A stretch of DNA of 64,000 nt from a virus (Duplodnaviria; Caudoviricetes), in the IMG/VR virus record IMGVR_UViG_3300045015_000053; one strand, 5' to 3'. Position 1 is the first letter of the stretch; each line of letters opens with the position of its first letter. The position numbers and the translations under genes were made by a program. A model generated the notes under the pieces. The model did no database searches and was not told the DNA's origin. It saw only the letters and a program-made list of their open reading frames with translations. Shown in pieces: positions 27,615 through 36,869 of this stretch.

Positions 27615-29072
27615 ATGAAGAATTTCATCGACGGCAACTGGACCGATCCGAAGAACGGGGAATCGCTCTCCAAGTTCGACCCCTGTACCGGGAAGGAAGC
27701 CTACAAGGTTCCCAACTCGACGCGAGAAGATGTCGAAGCGGCCGTCTACGCGGCGAAAGCCCGTCAACCCGCTTGGCGGGCGAAGGGCAGGGTTCGTCGG
27801 GCCGAAGTCCTGTCGGACGTGGTCGCCGCCCTGAAGAACAACGTCGATTTGTTCACGAAGCTCATCAGTCTGGAAACCGGCAAGCACCAGAACGAGGCGA
27901 AGGCCGAAGTCCTCGAAAGCCTACACATGCTCGAATACACGGTCGCGCAAGGGCGGGCCGAGTGCGGGCAGTGGCTTCCGTCCGAACTGCCGGAACGCGA
28001 CATCGCGATCATCAGGAAGCCGAAGGGTGTGGTGGGCATCATCAGCCCGTGGAATTTCCCGATGGCAATCGGGGGTTTCTGGTGTGCGGCTCCCGCGTTG
28101 CTCGAAGGTAACGCGGTGGTCTGGAAGCCGAGTGAGAACACGGCACTCGTTGCCGAAGCCGTAGTCAAGATGTACGCGGAGGCGGGTCTTCCGCCCGGTC
28201 TACTCAACCTCGTCCACGGTGGAGGTGTGACCGGCGCGGATCTGGTGAAGGAAGATGTGGACCACATCTGCTTCACCGGCTCACGGGACGTGGGCCAATA
28301 CATCCGCCGCGTGTGCGCTGAAACGTGGGGCAAAACCTGCTCGCTGGAGACTGGGAGCAAGTCTGCCGTCATCGTATTCTCGGACGCCGACGTTGACTTC
28401 GCGGTCAACGCTTGCATTCCAAGCGCATTCAAGACAACCGGCCAGCGGTGCGTTTCCGCTGGCCGGTTGCTCGTACAACGTGATCGGTGGGGCAGTTTCG
28501 TAGACGCCTTCGTCGCCGCCGCCCGAAAGATCACATGGGGCAACCCGTTCCAAGAGAACGCACCGTACTACGGCCCGCTCATCACCGAAAAACAGATGCA
28601 CCGCGTCCTGCGGTACAACCAGATGACCCTGAAGCACGCCCTGCTCGAAGGCAAGTGCGAGGAGATGGACGGCGGCTACTACATGTCGCCGCACATTTAC
28701 AAAGCCGAATGGGACAATCTGGCTCTCGCCGTGCCGCTCCGCGAAGAGGTCTTCGGCCCACACGTCGCCATCATCCCGTTCGACACGGTGGACGAAGCCA
28801 TCAACATCTACAACGACACGCCCTACGGCTTGTCGTTGGGGGTGATTACCCCGGACGCCGTTAAAGCCCGGCAATGTCGTGAAGGGTGCGAGTACGGGAT
28901 GGCCTACTGGAACAACGGGTGTGTCGGTGCGGAGAGCCACGTTCCGTTCGGAGGCGTCAAGGCGAGCGGCTACGGCGGCGCGAGTGCGGCCGGGACGTTC
29001 GACACCACCTCCCACAAAGTTGCGTGGAGCAGCAACTACGGAGAAATCGGGTTCCCGCAAGGTCTGAAGTAA
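27615..29072 (+). CDS. NAD(P)-dependent aldehyde dehydrogenase
   Basis: IISPWNFP, WKPSE, FTGS, LETGSKS (Glu), GQRCVS (Cys), EEVFGP. Confidence 0.93.
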   Translation: MKNFIDGNWTDPKNGESLSKFDPCTGKEAYKVPNSTREDVEAAVYAAKARQPAWRAKGRVRRAEVLSDVVAALKNNVDLFTKLISLETGKHQNEAKAEVLESLHMLEYTVAQGRAECGQWLPSELPERDIAIIRKPKGVVGIISPWNFPMAIGGFWCAAPALLEGNAVVWKPSENTALVAEAVVKMYAEAGLPPGLLNLVHGGGVTGADLVKEDVDHICFTGSRDVGQYIRRVCAETWGKTCSLETGSKSAVIVFSDADVDFAVNACIPSAFKTTGQRCVSAGRLLVQRDRWGSFVDAFVAAARKITWGNPFQENAPYYGPLITEKQMHRVLRYNQMTLKHALLEGKCEEMDGGYYMSPHIYKAEWDNLALAVPLREEVFGPHVAIIPFDTVDEAINIYNDTPYGLSLGVITPDAVKARQCREGCEYGMAYWNNGCVGAESHVPFGGVKASGYGGASAAGTFDTTSHKVAWSSNYGEIGFPQGLK

Positions 29073-29087
29073 ACGGCCGATCAAATT

Positions 29088-29119
29088 AAGAAATCCCGGT
29101 TCGATGACCGGGATTTCTT
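29088..29119 (+). terminator. intrinsic terminator
   Basis: AAGAAATCCCGGT-6 nt-ACCGGGATTTCTT then GTTT. Confidence 0.8.
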
Positions 29120-29184
29120 GTTTGGTAACTACAATAGGTGTCAGGAGAACCTGAATCTGAAAGACAACAAGAAAAGGATGAGAC

Positions 29185-29565
29185 ATGTCCAAGCACAAGC
29201 CACTGATCACTCTCGAAGGTTCCGACGTTCCGGGCCTCATTCTCGCCAACGGCGAGACGGTGACGAAGAGAATCCTCTCCGTCAACCCCTGCGGCAGTCA
29301 AGTTTTGGTAGAGCTTTTGACTTACAACGAACAGAACCCAAGTACCGTCTTGACGAGCGGCAAGTTCAACAAGGACGAAGCACGTCACGGTTGGGTCCGC
29401 AAGTTGGGGCCGAGTGTGAAGACCGCTGACTGGAACTTCAAGGCGGGCGACCGCGTCCTCATCAACGGCACCGGCACCCCGGTCCCGAAGTTCGGCGACA
29501 GCGACCGCGAGTGGGTGCTGCTTGAGCCGTACACGCTCAAGGCGGTTCTGGAGGAAGGGTACTAA
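29185..29565 (+). CDS. GroES/Cpn10-like co-chaperonin (gp31 analogue)
   Basis: NPCGSQVLVE...GWVRKLGP...FKAGDRVL...EWVLLE..LKAVLE. Confidence 0.65.
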   Translation: MSKHKPLITLEGSDVPGLILANGETVTKRILSVNPCGSQVLVELLTYNEQNPSTVLTSGKFNKDEARHGWVRKLGPSVKTADWNFKAGDRVLINGTGTPVPKFGDSDREWVLLEPYTLKAVLEEGY

Positions 29566-29577
29566 GCACGAGGTCAG

Positions 29578-30645
29578 ATGGACTACTACCAAGTCTTCGA
29601 CCTCCCCAAAACGGCAACACAGGACGAGATCACCAAAAAGTATCGCGTTCTAGCCAAGCAATATCACCCGGACAGAAATCCGGGTGACAAGGCTGCCGAA
29701 GACAAATTCAAAGAAATCAGTGCGGCATATGACGTGATCGGCGACCCGGAGAAGCGTTCCTTCTACGATGCGCACGGTCACGCACCCGGCCGACGTTCAG
29801 CACCGCCCCCGCCACGACCCAGTACCGTTCAGGCTTCGGACTTCTACAAGTCCGTGTTCAACACGTTCTTCGGCGGGGACGTGAGCGGCCGGCACGTCCA
29901 AGTCCGGCTCGAAATCGATCTCGAAGACACACTCAAAGACATCGTCAGAAACGTCACATACTCCAAACGCAAAACGTGTCCGACGTGTCGCGGGTGCGGG
30001 GCTTCTTCGTTCAAGCCGTGCGGCCACTGCCTCGGCAGCGGCCAAGTCACCAAGACCGAAAACCCGCCGTTCGTTTTCACCGGCCCGTGTCCGCACTGCC
30101 AGGGACAGGGCAAGACCGACGCCGTTAGGTGCGGGGACTGTAGCGGCAGTGGCTACAGTCTGATCAAGGACTGCAACATCGACGTGAAGATCCCGGCCGG
30201 TATCGATCAAGGCATGCAGGTCAGGGTTCGCGGCGCGGGCGAGGCCGGCTCTCCGGGCGAACCGCCCGGAGATCTGTTCGTCGTGGTGTTGATCAAGAAG
30301 CACGAGTTCTTCTCGCGAGAAGGGGCCAATCTCACCATCGAGATCCCGGTCAGTTATTCCACTTTGGTAGCCGGCGGCGAGATCCTGATCCCCACACTCG
30401 ACAAGACCTTCATGAGTGTGAAGGTTCCTCCCGGCACTCAGAACGGCACCCGGTTCCGTCTCAAAGGACGCGGGATGCCCGACATTCAGAAGCCCAAGAA
30501 CACCGGCGACATTCTCGCGTCGGTCAAGTTGGAAGTTCCGCAGGGCGTGGACGACGAGTACAAAGAACTGATCGAGAAGCTGAGAGAGGTCGAGGCCAAG
30601 AACCCGTCGCCGAGGGTGAAAGCATATTCGGATCGCGTCAAGTGA
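29578..30645 (+). CDS. dnaJ: DnaJ chaperone
   Basis: J domain HPD; four CxxCxGxG repeats; C-terminal GDL, RLKGRGMP. Confidence 0.95.
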   Translation: MDYYQVFDLPKTATQDEITKKYRVLAKQYHPDRNPGDKAAEDKFKEISAAYDVIGDPEKRSFYDAHGHAPGRRSAPPPPRPSTVQASDFYKSVFNTFFGGDVSGRHVQVRLEIDLEDTLKDIVRNVTYSKRKTCPTCRGCGASSFKPCGHCLGSGQVTKTENPPFVFTGPCPHCQGQGKTDAVRCGDCSGSGYSLIKDCNIDVKIPAGIDQGMQVRVRGAGEAGSPGEPPGDLFVVVLIKKHEFFSREGANLTIEIPVSYSTLVAGGEILIPTLDKTFMSVKVPPGTQNGTRFRLKGRGMPDIQKPKNTGDILASVKLEVPQGVDDEYKELIEKLREVEAKNPSPRVKAYSDRVK

Positions 30646-31003
30646 TGTGGCAGGACTGAACTTTCGACGGCATCTTGCTCCTGTCGGTGGGGTTCCTCTG
30701 GAACACCACCGTCGCCGTTTTACCGAGTCCCGGTGATCCCTTGATCCGGCGGAACTGGTCCCATGTGAAGAACAGTTGTGTGCCGTCCTCCATCTGCATC
30801 ATGATGGGATTTTTGTCTTTGATAAGGAGTGCGATTTTACCGACTTTTGTTAGACTGGGAAGTGCCAGATCCATGCTCGGTAGGGTGACCGGCTGACTCA
30901 TCATGTTGTCGGGCTGTTCGCTCCCGGTCCAGTTCGACGGCAATATCGCCGCAGAACCGCCGTTGAGATACTCCATTAGTGTCACGAAGCCTTTGAAGTT
31001 CAT
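30638..31003 (-). CDS. hypothetical protein with CTS-like N-terminus
   Basis: TAAATA (31016-31011) plus 7 nt; MNFKGFVTLME. Confidence 0.6.
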   Translation of the reverse strand: MNFKGFVTLMEYLNGGSAAILPSNWTGSEQPDNMMSQPVTLPSMDLALPSLTKVGKIALLIKDKNPIMMQMEDGTQLFFTWDQFRRIKGSPGLGKTATVVFQRNPTDRSKMPSKVQSCHIT

Positions 31004-31025
31004 ACTCTGGTATTTAGGAGCCGAC

Positions 31026-31304
31026 ATGAAGCTTTCGGTCAAATCCTGCAATCTGATCGCCGTGAGCGTTGCCGTCGAAACCGATTCGGGCGTTACGATT
31101 ACCGTTCCGGTTTTTTACGACCCGCTTAACCAAGAGGTCATCTTCGTGGACGACAACGCCGCGTGGAACCATGAAGAGTTTTCCGCAGCGATCAGGGACT
31201 ATATGAAGAGTGCGGCGAGCGAAACCTCGATCCCCGTCAACGAAGAAACGTGGAGCCAAATCCGCACCCTGAAAGCCCTCGCCAAACCACCTTCAAAGAA
31301 GTGA
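31026..31304 (+). CDS. hypothetical protein
   Basis: AGGAG RBS. Confidence 0.6.
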   Translation: MKLSVKSCNLIAVSVAVETDSGVTITVPVFYDPLNQEVIFVDDNAAWNHEEFSAAIRDYMKSAASETSIPVNEETWSQIRTLKALAKPPSKK

Positions 31305-31307
31305 CCA

Positions 31308-31925
31308 ATGCCGCAAGCAGAGAAAGCAATCTTCAGTGTCGTCAACCTCACGGACGCCAACAAGAGCCTGTCCGAGCGTGAAAAGAAGCTCCGAAAGTCT
31401 TGCAATTTGAACCCGATCACGCTGAAGCATGTGATCGATTACATCAACTTGCAGGACATCTCGGCCGAATTGAAAGACGTGTTGCGGAAGAAGGCCAGTC
31501 GTTACCCCAACCAAGCGTTGCAGCAGTTCGTGGACAATTTCAAAAAGACTTTGGCCGTCGAACACCGCAAACTCTACAAGGGCTATGTCATTCCGACATC
31601 AGATCAGACAAAACCGGATTCGGCCGAAGTCGTCAAGCCGATACGCCGCGCCCCCGAACCTAAGCCGACGATCAAGCCGAAGAAAATTGTGGTCGAAGAA
31701 ATCGTGACGGCCCCGGTTGCACCCGAACCCATTCCCGAACCCGAAAAGAGGCCGGTTGAAGATCCGTTCGATGTTGGCGTTGAACTGCCGTTCCCGACCG
31801 AGATAAAATTTGCTGAAATGCCGCCGCCGAATCCGGCACTCAGACCGCCCATGCCGCCTGCCCCGCCCGCGAGCAAGAAATTCGTTCCGTTTTCGGCCAC
31901 CCTTAACCCGGAGGACTTCGAGTGA
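31308..31925 (+). CDS. hypothetical protein with Pro-rich C-terminus
   Basis: ORF in operon. Confidence 0.6.
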   Translation: MPQAEKAIFSVVNLTDANKSLSEREKKLRKSCNLNPITLKHVIDYINLQDISAELKDVLRKKASRYPNQALQQFVDNFKKTLAVEHRKLYKGYVIPTSDQTKPDSAEVVKPIRRAPEPKPTIKPKKIVVEEIVTAPVAPEPIPEPEKRPVEDPFDVGVELPFPTEIKFAEMPPPNPALRPPMPPAPPASKKFVPFSATLNPEDFE

Positions 31926-32359
31926 ATGTTCCCGTCAAGATCATCGCGGTTTCGGATCGCTACATCCCGCAGTACAAGACCGAAGGTGCCGCTTGCGCCG
32001 ACGCCGTCGCGTACTTGCCGGACAGACTGATGATCCCCCCGAAAAAGGTCGCCAAGATCCCTCTGGGGTTCAGCATCGCTCTCCCGCTCGGTTGGGAGAT
32101 GCAGATCCGGTCGCGGAGCGGTCATGCCAGCAAAGGGATCATCGTCGCAAACGGCATCGGAACCATAGATTCCGATTACAGAGGTCCGGTTACCACACTC
32201 CTCTATAATTCAACGGACGAATCGTTCTTCGTTGAAGATGGCGACCGTGTGGCTCAGGTGAGTATCCAGCCGACACCTCGTATCGTGTGGGAACGAACGG
32301 AGTTTCTGGAACAGACCGTAAGAGGTGAAGGTGGCTTTGGATCAACAGGAAACAAGTAG
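31922..32359 (+). CDS. dut: trimeric dUTPase
   Basis: GAACAD, RSRSG, GTIDSDYRG, GDRVAQ, RGEGGFGSTG. Confidence 0.95.
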   Translation: MNVPVKIIAVSDRYIPQYKTEGAACADAVAYLPDRLMIPPKKVAKIPLGFSIALPLGWEMQIRSRSGHASKGIIVANGIGTIDSDYRGPVTTLLYNSTDESFFVEDGDRVAQVSIQPTPRIVWERTEFLEQTVRGEGGFGSTGNK

Positions 32360-32378
32360 GTTCAAAGGCGAGAACGCA

Positions 32379-32618
32379 ATGGACGATGCCCGGCAACAAT
32401 TGTCGGACATGATGGTCAAGGACATGATCGCCGAGATCGACGCCGACACCATTCGGCGTTACAAGCTCGGTCAGCGGATCGTTCAGACCGAACACGGCCC
32501 CGAATGGACTTACTTCGTGGACGCGAACAACAAGGTGGTTGACCAGAACGGGTTCCTGCTCGACAACGAGGGCTGCCCGACTGGTCAACGCGGGACATTT
32601 ACATCTGGAGTTGAATGA
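32379..32618 (+). CDS. small hypothetical protein
   Basis: ORF, ATGA-coupled to the next gene. Confidence 0.55.
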   Translation: MDDARQQLSDMMVKDMIAEIDADTIRRYKLGQRIVQTEHGPEWTYFVDANNKVVDQNGFLLDNEGCPTGQRGTFTSGVE

Positions 32619-32869
32619 AGGCTTACGTCGCATTGACAATTGCAAACGAGATCGACGGGCGGGCAACGGTGGTAAGGGCCGACAAAGCGTCCGCGTCCCG
32701 CGAAAAGCTTGAAGAGTGGATGAGATCACGTCAGTCAAGTTGGCGCGAACAGATCCGTCTCGGCCCGCCCCCGCAACAGGGGTTCAACGTGGGCAACCAA
32801 CCCCCTCAGACCATCATCGACTGTGTCTGTCAGACGCAAGTCATCGAAATCGAAGTTGACGAAAACTAA
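32615..32869 (+). CDS. small hypothetical protein
   Basis: GGAG RBS. Confidence 0.55.
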   Translation: MKAYVALTIANEIDGRATVVRADKASASREKLEEWMRSRQSSWREQIRLGPPPQQGFNVGNQPPQTIIDCVCQTQVIEIEVDEN

Positions 32870-32877
32870 GGAGGACC

Positions 32878-33621
32878 GTGCCTACAGACAAGATCCCGCA
32901 CAACCCGCTTGAGGGAGATAGGCCAGAAATCACCCTCAACCTGCACGACGGCAGCGATGAGCAGGTGAGTATCGTCGTCGTTCACAAGGACCGGCCCGAA
33001 TACCTGAACATATGCCTTCAATCCATTGCGACGTGCAGCTACAACAACAATTACGAGTTGATTGTTGTCGATAACGCATCGGGGAAAGAGTCGCAGGAAT
33101 ACCTCGATGACATTCAGGGCGACGTGAAGGTCATTCGCAACTCTACGAATCTGTACTTCTCGGCAGCCGCGAACAAGGGCGCACAGGCGGCAGACAAAGC
33201 CTCCAAGTACCTCGTCTTCATGCACCCGGATGTGGTTGTCCTCAACCCCGCGTGGCTCGACCTGATGATCAGCGTCAGCGAATCCACCAAGAGCGGACTC
33301 GTCGGACTGGAACAGGGTCGATACCTTTTCGGTTCGCAGAAGGTGGACTTCATTCAGGAATGGTGCATGCTGATGACCAAAGAGTGCTTCAAGGACGTTG
33401 GCCCGTGGCCGGAAGAACTACCGCAGATCGGCCACAGCTTCCTGATGACCGTGAAGGCCACTCAGAAGGGTTACCGCCCGCAGATGATGTCTACGGCGGT
33501 TTGCCACCACTACAAATCCTTCAGCTTGGACATCAACGAATTTGAGAGGATGACCGAGAAGGCGATGACGACGATCCCGAAACTGATCTCGGTCGCGCAG
33601 AGTATCCCGGTCGGTCGATAA
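32878..33621 (+). CDS. GT2 family glycosyltransferase
   Basis: VSIVVVH, ELIVVDNAS, YFSAAANKGA, YLVFMHPDVVV. Confidence 0.85.
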   Translation: MPTDKIPHNPLEGDRPEITLNLHDGSDEQVSIVVVHKDRPEYLNICLQSIATCSYNNNYELIVVDNASGKESQEYLDDIQGDVKVIRNSTNLYFSAAANKGAQAADKASKYLVFMHPDVVVLNPAWLDLMISVSESTKSGLVGLEQGRYLFGSQKVDFIQEWCMLMTKECFKDVGPWPEELPQIGHSFLMTVKATQKGYRPQMMSTAVCHHYKSFSLDINEFERMTEKAMTTIPKLISVAQSIPVGR

Positions 33622-33629
33622 GGAGTCAG

Positions 33630-34094
33630 ATGGGCAATCCGAAAAGGCACATCATGGGCAGTGACATTTTCATTGCCCGTCCGGTCATGGACACCGAACA
33701 CAATCGAGTCACTTTCACGGTTTGGCAGGGACACGGTTACAACCAACCGGCCGAGCATTACGACGAGATCCAAGTCAACTTCTATTCGGCCCCTGATGTC
33801 ATTTTGCAATACTCGAACGGCAACACCACAAAAGACGAGTGGCGTCGGTACTTCAGGTACAACTTCAAGGACTTGAATCTTGTTTCAAAAGAGCAGGATT
33901 TGCTCGCCGAGTATTTCGTCTACACCTACAGTTACGGCGAGTTCAAAGACGAGCATTTCGCTTACGACGACCCCGAACTCGAACGCGACATTCCGATGGG
34001 CAAGTTCGCCGGCAAGACTCTGGAAGAAGTAGCTGAGTACAAGCGGCTGAACAAGTACCAGTTCAAGTCGAACTTCAAACCCCGCGATTCTTGA
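33630..34094 (+). CDS. hypothetical protein
   Basis: AGGAG RBS. Confidence 0.6.
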   Translation: MGNPKRHIMGSDIFIARPVMDTEHNRVTFTVWQGHGYNQPAEHYDEIQVNFYSAPDVILQYSNGNTTKDEWRRYFRYNFKDLNLVSKEQDLLAEYFVYTYSYGEFKDEHFAYDDPELERDIPMGKFAGKTLEEVAEYKRLNKYQFKSNFKPRDS

Positions 34095-34464
34095 ACGGGT
34101 CAACCAACACCCAACGTCGGCCGATTTTCTCGTAGCCGACTTTGGCACAGGCTTTCTTGTTTCTGGTTTTGCTGCAAAGTGTGTCGCAGGCCGAACGTTT
34201 TCTTTCGTTGAAGCATGCGTTTTTCAGAGCATCTATCTGCTCTTGGGTCAAAGGCTTGAAGTGATCGCCGTAGGCGTCCCAGGCCGCTTGTGCGGCCTGT
34301 GCGACCGGCTTGCTGTTCAGACCGAGTTCGTTGCCGGTTGGCAAGCCGGCCATCTGCGCGGCCACTTCCGCCCCGCTTTTGGCTAAGGCACCGAGCCAGC
34401 CCCACCCTTCGTCTTGTCGCTTTTCACGTTCGATCAGCCACTCTGAGAACTTCATGGTATTCAT
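34075..34464 (-). CDS. hypothetical protein with CTS-like N-terminus and Cys-rich C-terminus
   Basis: M(NTM)KFSEWLIERE; ATGA overlap with the upstream gene. Confidence 0.65.
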   Translation of the reverse strand: MNTMKFSEWLIEREKRQDEGWGWLGALAKSGAEVAAQMAGLPTGNELGLNSKPVAQAAQAAWDAYGDHFKPLTQEQIDALKNACFNERKRSACDTLCSKTRNKKACAKVGYEKIGRRWVLVDPFKNRGV

Positions 34465-34898
34465 TTCGGCACCTTGTTTTTGATGAAATCGACCCACGCC
34501 TCGTGGTGGTGGGTCAGCGGCGGGTGTTTGGTGTAGCAGGCCGCGTAAGCCATGCAGAAGTTTTCTTCGTCGTTGTCTTGGTTCTGTTTCTTGTTCTTCT
34601 TGGCACAGGCCGTCCACGCCTTCTTCAGTTCCGGCGTCATCAACTTTTCCCACACCATGTGGCCGATCTCGTGTAGTGTGGTGAACTCGCGGCCGTAATT
34701 CCACGGGCCGGCGACCGTCACGGTCTTCCCTTTGATCAACCCGATGTGTTCGTCGTCGCCCTTCAGGGTGTTGCCTGGGACGTACTTGAACTTGAACCCT
34801 TTCATGAGGTCCGCGTGTTTCTTGGGAAGCTTCTTCAACATCGCCTTGATGTTGCGTTCTTCCTCTTCCGCTTCTAAAAGGAACTGACTGAAGTCCAT
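34461..34898 (-). CDS. zincin-like HExxH protein with CTS-like N-terminus
   Basis: MDFSQFLLEA; TTLHEIGH...DEENFCMAY. Confidence 0.7.
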   Translation of the reverse strand: MDFSQFLLEAEEEERNIKAMLKKLPKKHADLMKGFKFKYVPGNTLKGDDEHIGLIKGKTVTVAGPWNYGREFTTLHEIGHMVWEKLMTPELKKAWTACAKKNKKQNQDNDEENFCMAYAACYTKHPPLTHHHEAWVDFIKNKVPK

Positions 34899-34903
34899 GA
34901 TCG

Positions 34904-34909
34904 TATATA
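34904..34909. promoter_or_regulatory. palindromic TATATA, putative bidirectional late promoter
   Basis: Exactly 5 nt from ATG 34898 (-) and from ATG 34915 (+). Confidence 0.7.
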
Positions 34910-34914
34910 GATTG

Positions 34915-35709
34915 ATGCTAAACTCGTTTTCAAACTGGTTCCGCGTAGATGAGGCCGCGAACGTGGAATATCAGGAAGGTCTTGTCGCTTCGTTCTTTTC
35001 CAAGCGGATCGCCGAAGCCGTCAAGAAGTTCTTCGAGGAGGACCGGCGGGAGTCTCTGCCGTACTACCTTTCTCAGATCGTCACTGGTGACGTGAAGGAC
35101 GATGTCGGCGTTTTCCCAATCCCTTCGCAGATCGGGCGTGTCAGTCTGACGCCCGATTTCAGCGGCTGGAAGGTCGAGTTGAAACCCGCCAACGAGCGAA
35201 CCTATGCGTTCGCCGGCGCGGGGAACATCGGCATCCCGTATGACAAGTCGGTTCTGAGAAACGCCCAGTCTTTTGAAGACCCGGCGGTTGACGGCATGTT
35301 GAGTCGCATGGACGACCAACTCGTTCACGAGTGCAGCCACATTTCCACCTCGAAGATCGGGGACGACGCAACGATTAAGGGCAAGCCCTACTGGGAGAGG
35401 TTTCAAAAGGGAAGCCCGGAATACGCAGAGGCTCAGATCAAGTATTACACCGATCCGGGCGAGGTTCGCGCTCACGCCCGTCAATACGCGAACATTTATC
35501 TGAAACGATACGGGAGCGACTTCGACCGTCGCAAGTTCGAGCAGATGGCGTGGAGCGACAACAAGTTGCACAGGTTCGTAAATCGGCTCAGGGATAAGGG
35601 TGTTCAGGGGCAGTTCCCGCAGTTGAGCGAGAGGATGTCTAAGGCGTATTCGGACTTCATGAGTTCGGTGGAATACTTTGTGGACCAGGGACGGATTATT
35701 TTCAGTTGA
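34915..35709 (+). CDS. zincin-like HExxH protein with CTS-like N-terminus
   Basis: MLNSFSNWFRVDEA; LVHECSH...YYTDPGEVRAH. Confidence 0.7.
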   Translation: MLNSFSNWFRVDEAANVEYQEGLVASFFSKRIAEAVKKFFEEDRRESLPYYLSQIVTGDVKDDVGVFPIPSQIGRVSLTPDFSGWKVELKPANERTYAFAGAGNIGIPYDKSVLRNAQSFEDPAVDGMLSRMDDQLVHECSHISTSKIGDDATIKGKPYWERFQKGSPEYAEAQIKYYTDPGEVRAHARQYANIYLKRYGSDFDRRKFEQMAWSDNKLHRFVNRLRDKGVQGQFPQLSERMSKAYSDFMSSVEYFVDQGRIIFS

Positions 35710-35728
35710 GCGACCCTACAATACAGGC

Positions 35729-36436
35729 ATGGGCAAAGCTTCAAAAGCATCAAAAAATCCAAAAGGCGAGAAACCAATGTCTCCTCGTCGCAACTCAACC
35801 GGGTCGTACCGACTCGAATTCCTCAACCCCGCTCAGAAGCTCGCTTGGGCCACAATCGATTCACACGACGTGTGTTTCCTTGTGGGTCCGGCCGGTACGG
35901 GCAAGACACAACTGGCGACCGCTTACGCGATCCAGAGGTTCTTGGCCGGCGAGTGCCGCAAGATCTTCATCACTCGACCGATTGTCGAGGCCGAAGAGAA
36001 GTTGGGGTTCCTTCCGGGGTCGTTCGAGGAAAAGGTCTACCCGTACATGCTGCCGATCTACGACTCCATCGAAAAGTGTGTCGGTCTAGACACCCCGATG
36101 GCCGAGAAGATCAAGAAGTGTCTCGAAGTCGCGCCGCTGGCGTACATGAGGGGTAGAACCCTTGAGAGTGCCGTGTGTATCCTTGACGAAGCCCAAAACT
36201 GCACACGCAGCCAAATCAAACTGTTCCTCACCCGTCTCGGTGCCGACTCGAAGATGATTGTCACCGGCGACCCGATGCAGAGCGATTTGCGTGGCGGTAC
36301 CGAAGGACTCGAAGACGTTCTGGACGATCTCTCCGATCTCGAAGGAATCGGCATCGTGGAAATGAAGGCCGACGCCATCGTCCGTCACCCGCTGGTCGGA
36401 AAGATCATCGAGAGATTCGAGAGGCCGCGTGAATGA
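35729..36436 (+). CDS. phoH: PhoH family ATPase
   Basis: GPAGTGKT, TRPIVEA..LGFLPG, PLAYMRGRTL, LDEAQN, TGDP.QSDL. Confidence 0.95.
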   Translation: MGKASKASKNPKGEKPMSPRRNSTGSYRLEFLNPAQKLAWATIDSHDVCFLVGPAGTGKTQLATAYAIQRFLAGECRKIFITRPIVEAEEKLGFLPGSFEEKVYPYMLPIYDSIEKCVGLDTPMAEKIKKCLEVAPLAYMRGRTLESAVCILDEAQNCTRSQIKLFLTRLGADSKMIVTGDPMQSDLRGGTEGLEDVLDDLSDLEGIGIVEMKADAIVRHPLVGKIIERFERPRE

Positions 36437-36837
36437 ACGCACTCTACGATAAAGGCCGTCAGAAGTTCTTGGAAGGGGCCGTCGCTTGGTTGACCGACGA
36501 CATCAAGTGTTGTCTGGTCAACGGCACCGATTACACCGTTAACCTCGGCTCTGACGAATTTCTCTCCGACATTCCCGGTGCGGCGATCATCGCCACCAGT
36601 GGCAATTTGGCTTCCAAGACAAGCACTGGTGGTGTCGCGGACGCCGCCGACATCAATTTCACAGCGGTTAGCGGCGACCAAATCGACGCAATTGTGATCT
36701 ACAAGGACACCGGCTCGGACGCCACCAGTCCGTTGCTGCTCTACTGTGACAGCGGCGTCGGCTTGCCTTTTACTCCTATCGGATCTGACATCCTTCTCGG
36801 ATGGGAAAACGGGTCCACGAAGATTTTCAAGCTGTAG
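36433..36837 (+). CDS. putative virion structural protein
   Basis: NALYDKGRQKFLEG..W..D.IK..LV..DYT...EFLSDI resembles a recurrent phage tail-associated family (recall). Confidence 0.55.
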   Translation: MNALYDKGRQKFLEGAVAWLTDDIKCCLVNGTDYTVNLGSDEFLSDIPGAAIIATSGNLASKTSTGGVADAADINFTAVSGDQIDAIVIYKDTGSDATSPLLLYCDSGVGLPFTPIGSDILLGWENGSTKIFKL

Positions 36838-36869
36838 CAATTTAGCGTAAGTCTGCTGTAAATAGGACG

